A stretch of 64,000 bases of DNA from a virus. Its lineage: Duplodnaviria > Caudoviricetes. A program made the position numbers and the translations under genes. The notes under the pieces were generated by a model. That model worked only from the letters and a program-made list of their open reading frames with translations. It ran no database searches and was not told where the DNA came from. How positions within the stretch are numbered: position 1 is the stretch's first letter; the number at the start of each line of letters is the position of its first letter. Shown piece after piece: positions 19,203 to 29,700 of the stretch. The stretch lies in IMG/VR virus record IMGVR_UViG_3300021400_000095. One strand, given 5' to 3'.

Positions 19203-19218
19203 TAAAAAATGTGTATTT

Positions 19219-19953
19219 ATGGAATTTTTATTTGGTACAGCAACACCTGACACAATAAAAGTGCAGAAAAAAAATTCAGACCAATATCTTTATAATGTAT
19301 CATGTGATTCACCAGAAGGTAAACCAAAACCATTTATTTATGGCTATGATACCAATGGTAATAAAAGGGTATGGCTTGGAAAAGCCTGTCAATACCATTA
19401 TGCATTATGCAATGAATATAAGGAAATGGTCACTCAACTTATTGATGGAAGACTTTGGGAGAATTTAAAAATTATGTCAATTTGGGACCTTAATAAAGGT
19501 TTTGTACAAAAAAATATTAAAGGTTGTTTAACTGATTTAGAACAAAGATACAAAATCAATTTGTCAGATTATTCACTACTATATAACACAAGTAAGGATG
19601 TTGTCAAAAAAATAAGCATTGATGAATTTCTTGGTAGAGAACATCAGTCTTCTGATGCTTCTGATACATCATATGAAAGAGAACTTCACTTAATGTCACC
19701 AACTCAAAAACAACAGGAACTACAAACCAATGATGAATATAAAAAAAGAAGAGAAGCCTATGCAAAAGCATCTCAAAATGCTTGGATTTCCAAACATGGT
19801 AACATTGACCCTGCTTATTATCACTTACTTATGTATCAGGAAGGAAAAAACAAAAAACTTACCATAACAGAATCTGATATTAAAAAAATGGTAAAAGAAT
19901 GTATAAGAAGAATTAAAAATAAAAAAAATGAGAATGAGTCAACTACACACTAA
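19219..19953 (+). CDS. Hypothetical protein with C-terminal ITESDIKKMVKE tag
   Basis: ATG 19219 follows ACTATTTAT; ends at a convergent terminator. Confidence 0.7.
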   Translation: MEFLFGTATPDTIKVQKKNSDQYLYNVSCDSPEGKPKPFIYGYDTNGNKRVWLGKACQYHYALCNEYKEMVTQLIDGRLWENLKIMSIWDLNKGFVQKNIKGCLTDLEQRYKINLSDYSLLYNTSKDVVKKISIDEFLGREHQSSDASDTSYERELHLMSPTQKQQELQTNDEYKKRREAYAKASQNAWISKHGNIDPAYYHLLMYQEGKNKKLTITESDIKKMVKECIRRIKNKKNENESTTH

Positions 19954-20026
19954 ACTAAAGGTTTAGTATCTTCCTTGATGATATTTGATTGTGAAATAGA
20001 AAATAAGAATTTTATTTATAAACAAT

Positions 20027-20055
20027 AAAGCCATAGATTTTTTATCTATGGCTTT
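20027..20055. terminator. Bidirectional terminator
   Basis: AAAGCCATAGA-loop-TCTATGGCTTT between convergent genes; same stem at 57851. Confidence 0.75.
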
Positions 20056-20060
20056 TCTTA

Positions 20061-21128
20061 TTATTCAATGTCTTTTATCCAACCTGAATCAAAATTATCA
20101 CAATAAAAATTAATTGTTTTTCTAATTCCTTCTTCAAAAGTTACCTTTTGTTTCCATCCCATTGATTCAAGTTTTGAACAATCAATTGCATATCTTAAAT
20201 CATGTCCCTTTCTGTCTTCAACATATGTTATTAATGATTTATATTTTTTAATCCACATTGGTTCAGGGTTGACAATGTATTTTTTATTATCATTCAATTG
20301 TCTTTGATGTGCAAATATTTCAATAATAGTGTTTATCATGTCAATGTTGCTCATTTCATGATTTCCACCAACATTGTATGTTTCACCAGCAACACCATTA
20401 TGAAAAATAAAATCAATTGCACTACAATGGTCTTCAACATATAGCCAATCTCTAATATTTTCACCCTTTCCATAAACAGGAATTGGCTTTTCACCCATAA
20501 GATTAAATAAGACCACAGGTATTAATTTTTCAGGATACTGATATGGCCCATAATTATTTGAACAATTTGATATTGTAGTATTCATACCATATGTATCATG
20601 AAATGCTTTTACAAAATGGTCTGAACTTGCCTTACTTGCTGAATATGGTGAATGTGGGTCATATTTTGTATTTTCTGTAAACTTTTCTTTACTATCCAAT
20701 TCCAATGAACCATATACTTCATCAGTTGAAACATGATGGAATCTATGCCCCTTCAATGTACCAAACTTTTTTTCCCAATAATTCATTGCTATATTTAACA
20801 AACAATGTGTTCCATGAACATTTGTCCATTCAAATACATAAGGGTCAAGAATACTTCTATCAACATGACTTTCAGCAGCAAGATGAATAACATCTGTAAT
20901 CTCATATTTTTCAAAAGTTTCTTTTAACTTTTTATCATCACAAATATCACCCTTAATAAAAACATAGTTTTCTAAATTCTCAATATCTTTAAGATTATTT
21001 GGATTACCTGCATATGTCAATTTGTCATAATTCACAATCTTATATTCAGGATATTTTCTCAGTAAGTAATGAATTAAATTACTACCAATAAATCCACAAC
21101 CACCTGTTACTAAAATATTTTTCTTCAT
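20061..21128 (-). CDS. rfbB: dTDP-glucose 4,6-dehydratase
   Basis: GGCGFIGSN, HLAAESHVDRSI, STDEVYG, YSASK, DRKGHDLRYAID. Confidence 0.95.
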   Translation of the reverse strand: MKKNILVTGGCGFIGSNLIHYLLRKYPEYKIVNYDKLTYAGNPNNLKDIENLENYVFIKGDICDDKKLKETFEKYEITDVIHLAAESHVDRSILDPYVFEWTNVHGTHCLLNIAMNYWEKKFGTLKGHRFHHVSTDEVYGSLELDSKEKFTENTKYDPHSPYSASKASSDHFVKAFHDTYGMNTTISNCSNNYGPYQYPEKLIPVVLFNLMGEKPIPVYGKGENIRDWLYVEDHCSAIDFIFHNGVAGETYNVGGNHEMSNIDMINTIIEIFAHQRQLNDNKKYIVNPEPMWIKKYKSLITYVEDRKGHDLRYAIDCSKLESMGWKQKVTFEEGIRKTINFYCDNFDSGWIKDIE

Positions 21129-21147
21129 ATTAATTTATTTTTAAAAA

Positions 21148-21172
21148 AAAACCACTGATATACAGTGGTTTT
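21148..21172 (-). terminator. Intrinsic terminator after RecA-like gene
   Basis: AAAACCACTG-ATATA-CAGTGGTTTT. Confidence 0.65.
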
Positions 21173-21176
21173 ATTA

Positions 21177-22379
21177 TTACATTTCATCCTCTTCAGTTTC
21201 AGTAAAGACAATATCATCCTTTTCAGAAACAACTACATTTTCATTGTTGCTCTTGCTAATATTATTTAACTGCTTAAGAATATCAGCAACATGTTCTTTT
21301 CTATATGCATCAACTACATCTTTTTCAGTACTAATCATACCATGTGGTGTACAAATAATATCACCTTCATATGTCACTGTATAAGGATTTGGTAATTGAT
21401 TCTTCATGACCTTAATTTTGGTTTGAATTGCATAATTATAACTTAAACCCTTGGATTGTGCTGTCAATTTCTTAATTGATGATTTTAATTGCCCACCAAG
21501 AAGAATAATTAACCTTGATGCATAGAATATTGAATTTCCACCCTTTAACTGAATGCTTGGAGGTCCAACAGGATTTGTCATTGAATCAAGCCATACTTTA
21601 TTAACTAAAATCATTGTATTTGAATATGGTGATGACACTTTTCTTGACCTTGGAATTCTATCATTAACAATCCCATTAAAGGCAACACTAATTGCAGCAG
21701 CATCCCACATTGCATTGGATGATTTTGAATTATAACTCTTAAAACTTGAAATACTTCCAACAGAATCCCATAAGAAAACAAAACCAGCATCAACTTCACC
21801 ATTATCTTGTGCATCAAGTAACTCATTTATTGAATATGCAATGTCTTCAATAACTGCAATTTTTCTTCCCTTTGCAGTTTCCTTACCTGTTGAATAGTCA
21901 TTTTTCCCATATCTTTCAGCAAGAAGAGCATTATTGAAGTAAATGAAATTACCATCATAAGCCACAATACCATTTTCTTTTACAATTTCAACTTCACCAG
22001 TTTCTTCATTAACTTTTTCAACATCAATATCACCATATATTGGTGTTGCTTCCATTCCCATGTCAATTGCATATTTAAAATCAAAATTGTTTTCTGTATC
22101 ATAAATAACAGGAATATAACCTTGTCTTTGTGCAGCAACAATTGCATGATTTATTAATGTTGATTTTCCTGTATTTGAATGACCAATAATTGTTGTAACA
22201 TATGAAATTGGAATACCAGGAAGTCTTAGACTTTCCTTATATGCATCAGGCATTTCAAGCCATTCCATTGGCTTATCTGCATTACTTGATTCCTTAGTTG
22301 CAACAAGACCCATCTTTGCCTTAAATTCAGATATTGTTGGCTTTTTCTTTATCTCTTTCTTTTTTAATGGTTGTGCCAT
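21177..22379 (-). CDS. RecA/UvsX-like recombinase
   Basis: GHSNTGKS Walker A, YDTEN, FLWDSVG, KGGNSIFYAS, KVMKN. Confidence 0.88.
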   Translation of the reverse strand: MAQPLKKKEIKKKPTISEFKAKMGLVATKESSNADKPMEWLEMPDAYKESLRLPGIPISYVTTIIGHSNTGKSTLINHAIVAAQRQGYIPVIYDTENNFDFKYAIDMGMEATPIYGDIDVEKVNEETGEVEIVKENGIVAYDGNFIYFNNALLAERYGKNDYSTGKETAKGRKIAVIEDIAYSINELLDAQDNGEVDAGFVFLWDSVGSISSFKSYNSKSSNAMWDAAAISVAFNGIVNDRIPRSRKVSSPYSNTMILVNKVWLDSMTNPVGPPSIQLKGGNSIFYASRLIILLGGQLKSSIKKLTAQSKGLSYNYAIQTKIKVMKNQLPNPYTVTYEGDIICTPHGMISTEKDVVDAYRKEHVADILKQLNNISKSNNENVVVSEKDDIVFTETEEDEM

Positions 22380-22397
22380 ATTATTAAAAATTTTATT

Positions 22398-23177
22398 TTA
22401 TTTATTTAAATATTCTTGTTCAATTTCACACACAATTTCAATTGCAGATGGTGGAATATTATCATATGTGTATATACAATCAAAAGCATTTGGGTCATAT
22501 GAAAAATTTACATCCTTAATTTCTTCTGTGTCAATTGCTAATAATATATATGTCCCATTATATGGCATTATCTTTTTATTTTTTGCTTCCTCAGCATGAA
22601 ACTGTTGCATCAAACATAAACAATCATCCATATATGGTTCATGAAGGAAAAAATAAACTCTATCAGGATATTTAAATTTTTTATTATCTGTTCTTGGTGT
22701 AAGACCATTTTTTAAAATCTTATCCACTTTAGAGGTTTTAGTTAAATGATATATATATTCTTCATCTTGAACCAATTCATTAATCTTATTTTGATGTCTT
22801 GGTTCATAAAAAATATATAACATTTTTCCATCATTAGTTACATTTTTAGTTGATGGAAAATACCCACACAATGCCATGTCTTTATCAACAACACTTTCAT
22901 TTTCTTTGTCATTATAAATGCCAATTCTAAAAACATTAACTTCATTATCATTTTCAAAACAATCAATATATGCATATTTACCATATCTTTTCTTAAGATA
23001 TTTTTCAACCTTATCAACAGGATATGTTGCATAATATCCTTCCATTAATGGATTGCTTTTTAATTCATCAGGTAATGAAAATGGGTTAGTTAATGATTCA
23101 TTTAAATGAAAAATCACACTATTAACCATTTTTTCAATGTCATTTTCTGTTAGCTTGATTTTTAATGGTTGTGCCAT
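22398..23177 (-). CDS. ADP-ribosyltransferase-fold (KptA/Tpt1-like) protein with N-terminal tag
   Basis: IYHLT....DKILKNGLTPR...DRVYF...LLAID...NIPPSAI; N-terminus MAQPLKIKLTENDIEKMV. Confidence 0.6.
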   Translation of the reverse strand: MAQPLKIKLTENDIEKMVNSVIFHLNESLTNPFSLPDELKSNPLMEGYYATYPVDKVEKYLKKRYGKYAYIDCFENDNEVNVFRIGIYNDKENESVVDKDMALCGYFPSTKNVTNDGKMLYIFYEPRHQNKINELVQDEEYIYHLTKTSKVDKILKNGLTPRTDNKKFKYPDRVYFFLHEPYMDDCLCLMQQFHAEEAKNKKIMPYNGTYILLAIDTEEIKDVNFSYDPNAFDCIYTYDNIPPSAIEIVCEIEQEYLNK

Positions 23178-23197
23178 AATAAAATTATTTTTTTCTA

Positions 23198-23806
23198 TTA
23201 TTCATCATCATTATTTTTAGCATAAAATTTATTACCTGTTTTTTCAAAATAACATTTTCTGCACAAAGCAACATATCTATCATCACCACCAACTTCAATT
23301 TGATTTCCATCAGTTACAATTTCCTTATTGGCATTGATTCTTGCATTAAACATTGTGTTATTACCACAATAACATATTGATGGTAATTCTTGAATTTCAT
23401 CAGAAATCTCAATCAATCTTTTTGAACCAGGAAATAACTTGGTTTTGAAATCTGTTTTTAATCCATAACAAATAATATTAATTTTTAATATATCTGATAT
23501 TGCAGCCAGTTCATCAACTTGTTTTTCAGTTAAAAATTGTGCCTCATCAACCAAAATATATTTTAATTTACTATTTGAAATTTGTAAATATTTTGAAATT
23601 AAATAAAATATGTTATCATCAACTGAAATCATTACACATTCTCTCTTACCAAGTGCTCTTGAATAGACAACATTTTCACCATCCCTATCATCAATTTTGC
23701 TTTTTAATGTTAAAAATGGTATTTTATGTTCTTGAAAACTATATGCTGTTGCTAAAAGATGTAGTGATTTACCAGAACTCATTGTTCCATAAATAAACTT
23801 CAACAT
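23198..23806 (-). CDS. tdk: Thymidine kinase
   Basis: YGTMSSGKS, ILVDEAQFL, YGLKTDF, C-terminal Zn ligands, YVALCRKCY; start ATG 23806. Confidence 0.93.
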   Translation of the reverse strand: MLKFIYGTMSSGKSLHLLATAYSFQEHKIPFLTLKSKIDDRDGENVVYSRALGKRECVMISVDDNIFYLISKYLQISNSKLKYILVDEAQFLTEKQVDELAAISDILKINIICYGLKTDFKTKLFPGSKRLIEISDEIQELPSICYCGNNTMFNARINANKEIVTDGNQIEVGGDDRYVALCRKCYFEKTGNKFYAKNNDDE

Positions 23807-23860
23807 ATAAAAAACAATTTTTATATGCAGTGCCATATTATATGACACTGCATTTATTAT

Positions 23861-24865
23861 TTAGAATGGAAGTTCTTCTTCATTATCTTCAAGAACAATT
23901 GTTTTCTTCAATTCTTCTACCTTCTTATTTACTGGCTTTTCTTGAACTGAATCTTCTTTAAGTTTCCTATCAGCATCTTCAACTTTCTTTTCATTGTCTA
24001 TCTGCTCATTCTTCTTTCTAGCATCAAACTCAGCCTTGTCTATCCACTTATTGTTTTCCTTATCCCACCAAGGATATTTTTTCTGTGCAACAAGTGTCAA
24101 ATAATCATAATCCTTTGGTGTGAAAACATCTTGCCATTTCTTTTTATCATAAATCCATTCTCTCATGGTTTCTTCTGATGTAGAAAGTGGAGTAATCTCA
24201 TCATCACAATCAATTCTTGGTGCTGAATTACCAGGTCTAATTGTTACAATCAAATCTCTACCATGAAAAATATCAAATATATTTTCATCAGGTTCACCCT
24301 TCTCTCTTGACTTCTGCAACTTCTTATTAAAGAGTTTCATAATTTCATTATAAGGGTCTGACTTGTCTTGTCTTAAATTAAATTTCCAAAACTTCACACC
24401 ATCTTCTTCATGACCTCTTTCAATACATCTGACAATTACTGATTCATAACTCTTATTTGCAATTGAAATTTCAACAAAATTCTTTTTCTTAAGAGGGTCT
24501 TTTTCATCCTTTGCTAACTCATATGCTTTCTTGTTTAATTCACAAAACGGACAATCTGAACCAAAAGTATCATGGTCAATATCAGTGTTCTTCTTTAAAC
24601 AAAGATATGACTTCCACTCTGTTCCAAAAATTTCCTTTGGTACTTTTACATTGTGAAAATGAGTTAAGACAAATGGATTTCCTGTTTCCAAATCCATTGG
24701 AAGAAGTCTGATTGTAAGTTCTTTTTCTGTTTCTCCTTCTGCAAGTCTTGTGTTAAGATAATTTTTTGTGCTGAATACACTTTGTGTTTTTGCTTTTCCC
24801 TGATTAATACCAATTCCAGTTACAGATTCAGGGGTAATGTTTGGTAAATTAACTAAGTTACCCAT
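23861..24865 (-). CDS. Single-stranded DNA-binding protein (gp32-like)
   Basis: IRLLP, CPFC, GRDL, acidic C-terminus ending EEELPF. Confidence 0.8.
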   Translation of the reverse strand: MGNLVNLPNITPESVTGIGINQGKAKTQSVFSTKNYLNTRLAEGETEKELTIRLLPMDLETGNPFVLTHFHNVKVPKEIFGTEWKSYLCLKKNTDIDHDTFGSDCPFCELNKKAYELAKDEKDPLKKKNFVEISIANKSYESVIVRCIERGHEEDGVKFWKFNLRQDKSDPYNEIMKLFNKKLQKSREKGEPDENIFDIFHGRDLIVTIRPGNSAPRIDCDDEITPLSTSEETMREWIYDKKKWQDVFTPKDYDYLTLVAQKKYPWWDKENNKWIDKAEFDARKKNEQIDNEKKVEDADRKLKEDSVQEKPVNKKVEELKKTIVLEDNEEELPF

Positions 24866-24954
24866 TTTAATACTAAAAAAATTTTATATAAATTATTATT
24901 AAATTATTTTAAGTTTACAACATTTTATAGTTATAAACAATATATTACTTTTTA

Positions 24955-24962
24955 CAAATATA
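24955..24962 (-). promoter_or_regulatory. Bacteroidota-type TAnnTTTG promoter element for SSB unit
   Basis: TTTTGTATATTTGTAAAA on - strand. Confidence 0.6.
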
Positions 24963-25024
24963 CAAAAATTAAAAAATAAAAGCAAATGGGTTATGGGTAA
25001 ATTAATACTCATAACCCATAAGAT

Positions 25025-25804
25025 TTAAAAACCAAACATATCATTTAATGTATAGTCATCCAATGACCTGTAAGCAGAAGCATAATCATTAAAATTATCA
25101 ATTTCATCTTTTGTTATCTGATAAACTCTATCATTTGCTCCATTTTCATCATCTTCAGTACTATAATTAGATGTTGCTTCCTTATCCTTCCAATAATCTT
25201 CTGGTGATACATTGAATGGATATGCATCTTTTGACCTCAATGAAAGTTTCTCAACAGGTGTTGGATTCCTTTTTTCAATCTCAGCCCTTAAAGTTTCCAT
25301 CCTTTCATTACTTGCATCAATCCTGTTTTCAAAATCATCAATCTTTGTTAATAATTTATCAAATTTTGATGTTAAATCATCAATCTTGTCCTTAGCCTCT
25401 TCTTGTGAATCAACTAATTCATCAACATCAATAACTTCTTCATCCTCTTCAGGTGCTGCTGCCATACTTTGGTCACCACCCATGGTAGGGTCTGCTCCTT
25501 GTGGTGCAAAACCTTCAGGTCCTGCTACCATATTAGGGTCACCACCCATCATACTTGGGTCTTCACCACCCATATTAGGGTCTGCTCCCATATTTTGGTC
25601 AGGTCCTGCTGCCATACTTGGGTCACCACCCATCATATTTTGGTCTTCACCACCCATATTAGGGTCAGGTGCTGCTGTATTTTGGTCATCTTCACCATCC
25701 TCACTAAGAGTGTTTGCACCACCTGCATATGTATATTCAAGTATTTGTTGAAATCTATTTACAGACTCCAACAAACCATGTTCCTCTAAATATTTTCTGT
25801 CCAT
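25025..25804 (-). CDS. Acidic protein with Gly/Met/Pro/Asp repeats and coiled coil (possible head/scaffold-associated)
   Basis: ATG 25804; repeats of DPNMGG/DQNMMGG; coiled-coil heptads. Confidence 0.7.
   Translation of the reverse strand: MDRKYLEEHGLLESVNRFQQILEYTYAGGANTLSEDGEDDQNTAAPDPNMGGEDQNMMGGDPSMAAGPDQNMGADPNMGGEDPSMMGGDPNMVAGPEGFAPQGADPTMGGDQSMAAAPEEDEEVIDVDELVDSQEEAKDKIDDLTSKFDKLLTKIDDFENRIDASNERMETLRAEIEKRNPTPVEKLSLRSKDAYPFNVSPEDYWKDKEATSNYSTEDDENGANDRVYQITKDEIDNFNDYASAYRSLDDYTLNDMFGF
25460..25690 (-). repeat. Imperfect coding tandem repeat (about 9 units of D(P/Q)(N/S/T)M..)
   Basis: Recurrent CACCACCCAT..TAGGGTC / TTTGGTC blocks. Confidence 0.8.
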
Positions 25805-25805
25805 A

Positions 25806-26075
25806 TTAGTCAATAAGTACTTGTCTATTATCTTCAGTAAGAACAACCTTTTCAGTCTCTGCTCTTTCAATCAAACCTTTTTCTTTTTTAATGACCTTAA
25901 CTTTTGGTGCATTCATATCTTTAACCAGATTTTCTGCTCTCTCAATTTCATTAATTGTCATATCTTCTCCTTTTTTTGGTTTATTATTATTTGCAATAAC
26001 AACATCTTCAGCAACAGTCTTTACTGGTGCTATATCATACCTTTTAATTCTTTTAACTATTTGTTTTATTGCCAT
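25806..26075 (-). CDS. Small hypothetical protein, probably late-expressed
   Basis: ACTATTTAT at 26094-26102; abuts the next gene. Confidence 0.7.
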   Translation of the reverse strand: MAIKQIVKRIKRYDIAPVKTVAEDVVIANNNKPKKGEDMTINEIERAENLVKDMNAPKVKVIKKEKGLIERAETEKVVLTEDNRQVLID

Positions 26076-26120
26076 GTTTATACTATTTTTTATATAAATA
26101 GTTTGTTTTTATTAAAAAAA

Positions 26121-26714
26121 TTAATTTGAAAACAAGTAAGGTATTAAATATGGCTCATTTAATAATTGATATTTTATTTTTAATACAATATCATTATTGT
26201 TCTTTACTAAATGTATATTTGAATTTGAATATATGTTTGATAAAAACCTGTTTTTATCTTTCCCTTCATATTCTATATCATTTAATGAAATACCAATAAC
26301 ATTTTTGTTATTATCTTTACAAAAATAAGCAATATTATTATCAATATAACATGTTTTTTCAGTATTATCTTTTAAAAATTTAAAAAAATCTTCTTTTCTT
26401 TCATCATTTTCAATCAATATATTAAAAAAAACATATTTAACATTCTTTTTTAATGTTTTTAATGCTAATTTGTTAAACCTTTCAATGTCTTCTTCATATC
26501 TTTCCCCTCTCTCTCTTCTACCAAATGTCCAATATGTCATATTGTCAATTTTCCAATCAAGAAGGCTTATATTATCATAATTTTTGTTTACCTTATCCCA
26601 CCCAATAACCAAAGTAGGAATATCTTTTATAATGTCTTCCTTTGATTTGACAACATTATATAATTCTTGATTTGCAAATTGCAAATCAGTTAATATGTTT
26701 CCTATGTATTTCAT
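26121..26714 (-). CDS. Hypothetical protein
   Basis: Intact ORF with TATTTTTG element at 26733-26740. Confidence 0.7.
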   Translation of the reverse strand: MKYIGNILTDLQFANQELYNVVKSKEDIIKDIPTLVIGWDKVNKNYDNISLLDWKIDNMTYWTFGRRERGERYEEDIERFNKLALKTLKKNVKYVFFNILIENDERKEDFFKFLKDNTEKTCYIDNNIAYFCKDNNKNVIGISLNDIEYEGKDKNRFLSNIYSNSNIHLVKNNNDIVLKIKYQLLNEPYLIPYLFSN

Positions 26715-26765
26715 TAAAAAAATAATTTTTTACAAAAATACATATTTGAAAACAAAAAAACAAAA

Positions 26766-29700
26766 TTATGCTTTTAATTCTGGTGCTCTAAATACCTTTA
26801 GTACCCAACTATTATATTTAGGGTCTGTTGGTGGATACTTATTATCATTTCCATATACAAATGTTGAACCATAGTTATTTAATCTATCACAAGACCATCC
26901 TGATTTACATTGTTTTTCCATCTCAGGTTTCTCATTCACAACATTAATGTTAGATGAATAACCTGGTACTGAACTAAGATATGCATCACCTGTATAAAAT
27001 TGTGCATGCATTTTTGCACCAGCAGTACCATATGCTTGTGTTGAATTATAATATAAAACAACATCACCATAATTGAAATTATTGCTGTTTGCAAGATATT
27101 TCTTAATTTCATCCTTATTTAAAACAACATTTGTTTCTTCCTTGTATCCAATTTTAGTTAAATGATTCCAAAGGCCAATCTGATTTGGATTACCACCAGC
27201 AGATACCTCACATGTTGGGTCAAAATCAGGCTGTACAAAACATTGTGCTAATCTAAATGTCCATCTTGCACAATGATGAACATAACTACCTGAAGATGTA
27301 ATAGCATGCCCACAACTAAATACCTTCTTTACAGCCTCTGTTACTCTACCCTTAGCAGTTAAAAGATTTTCAGGTGACATTTTTGGTTTTGCTTTAATAT
27401 TTCCAAGACCATAAACACCATTATTATTAACAATTTCAATTGCTTGCTCCTGTGAAAAACCTTGACTGATAAGTTCATCAAGTCTTGCCTTAGGGTCACT
27501 TGTTGTTATGTTTACATAATTCATTTCACCATTTTCATTTGCAAATATATAATCACTATTAACAAATGGCATTGCATTCCTGTTAACTCTTACACCTGTA
27601 AATTTTGTTGTTATATTGTTTGCAACAATATTATGTTCAACAGATATAATCATATATGCACCATGCCACATTGGTATATTATTTAATTGGAAATACATAA
27701 GTGGCATAACTTGCATATTACCTAACATTTCAACACTACATTGATAAGAATAACCTGCATATACTCTATATAAATCCTGTCCATATAATGTGCTTTCTCT
27801 TGGACCATCTGTTTGGCCTCTTCCTGCAATATCCATTGTTGCAGTGATTGAGTGTTCTGTTGTCTGTTGACTTGCTGTTGATAATGATATGTTAGAAAAG
27901 AAACTTTGATTCTGTTTTGCATATGTAACAGCAAATGCAGGTATTAAATCATCACCATTAATTGTTTGTAATGCTGATGGTAATGCACCCTCTGTTATAT
28001 CAAATGAATCATTCTTATATCCATATTCAGTCTCTTCAATATCAAGTCTCTCAGATGGTTTATATGAATACAACCCAATATAACAACCATCATTTGCATG
28101 CCTATTTGTATATACATCTTGTAATGATTGTGGACTAAACATCTTTTCAATATTATCAACACCACTAAGGCCAAACTCCTGTGGTAATGCCAAAAATGTT
28201 AATCCATTATGCTCACAAATATCAGCCATAACTTCATAAACAGATTTTTTCATATTAAGTTTTACTGGTGTGTTCATTGCACCCTCTGACTGATATACTG
28301 TGTCTCTAAAGATGTCAAGCAAATAGTTACCATTTACAATTAATTTCTTTGAAATATCATTGTAAAAACTATCAATAAATCTGAATTTCTTAAATTCACT
28401 ATTTTCATTACCAATAACAAATATATCACTATTAATGTTACAGAAAAATTTATCATACAAATCCTTTAATGTAAGATATGTTGATAATTTTATATCTTTA
28501 TCATTAACAAGACCTGTACTGACAATTATATCTTCTGAATCAATATCATTTGTTACCTCAATATTCTTTTCTTCATAAATTGTTGCCAAATTTTTCAAGA
28601 AAGAAGAATAACAATCAAAAACATCATTATCTTTTATTTTCTTATCTTTACCATTCTCAATTGGTTGTGCATAATCTATGAATATGTCTTCACTTGAAAG
28701 AAGATTTAACAGATTTCTTTGTAATTTATTATAATCATCACTATCTTCTTGTGTACTTTCAAGAAGATAAAAATCTTTAAAAATATTACTTATTGTTGCA
28801 AAATTAACAAACAATTTCTTTAAATAATTTCTCCTTGCTTCACTTACTTGGAAATCTTTATCTAATCCATTTAATTCATTAAAAGTAATATAATCATTTT
28901 TAGTGTGATTTACTTTATCTAAATATAAAGTGTTGTTTAACTTTCCAAATAATCCAACCCTTCTTAATATTGGAACAAGTGATTTTTCTCCATTGAATCC
29001 CTTTCCATACTCACCTAAATTAATTGGTTCACCACTTTCATCTTCTCTCCAATAGTGTGCACCCTCTCTCAATAAAAGCCATTTATTTGCATTACCATAG
29101 TTTGTTTCAATACATGCTTTAGCATATGAAGAATTAATTGGTAATGAGAATAAAAACAAATATGCCTTAGCAAGTGGTTTTTGTTTGTTTGCATTATAGA
29201 CATCATTTCCTTTAAATACACCAAACCTTTCATATTCACCATTTACAATACCAAAATAAAAATTACCATTATTTGCATTATTACTGGTATATAAATAAGC
29301 ATTTGTATTATGTAACTCTAAAAAGTTTTTTGCTGTGCTGATTTTTGGTTTGTTTTTCTTTTCATTAACATCAATTATCTTTACTGATAAATTATCACCA
29401 AAAACACCTGAAATTGTATCCTCATGTTTATATTTTTTCTCAAAAACCTTTGTATAAACATCAAATTTACCTTCTTTTAACCCATAAGTTTCAGCAGCAC
29501 CAATTTCTGTCCTATATTTCTCCAAGAAATCAGTGTTGTTAATACTAACAAATGTGTCCTTATTTAATTGTGAATCATTAATACAAATATATTTACTTGA
29601 ATCAATGTGTTTTCCCATACTAACATCATTTCTGTTAGACCTAAACTCAACATTCATTGGTAAATATGTGTTTTTCCCATCCTTAATTAAAGAATACAAC

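Noticed and set aside
25460-25690. CRISPR-like repeat array
   Set aside because: Units are imperfect, in frame within a CDS, and have no unique spacers
28661-28675. Internal AQPI match to the MAQP motif in the large tail protein
   Set aside because: No Met or start context; compatible with chance
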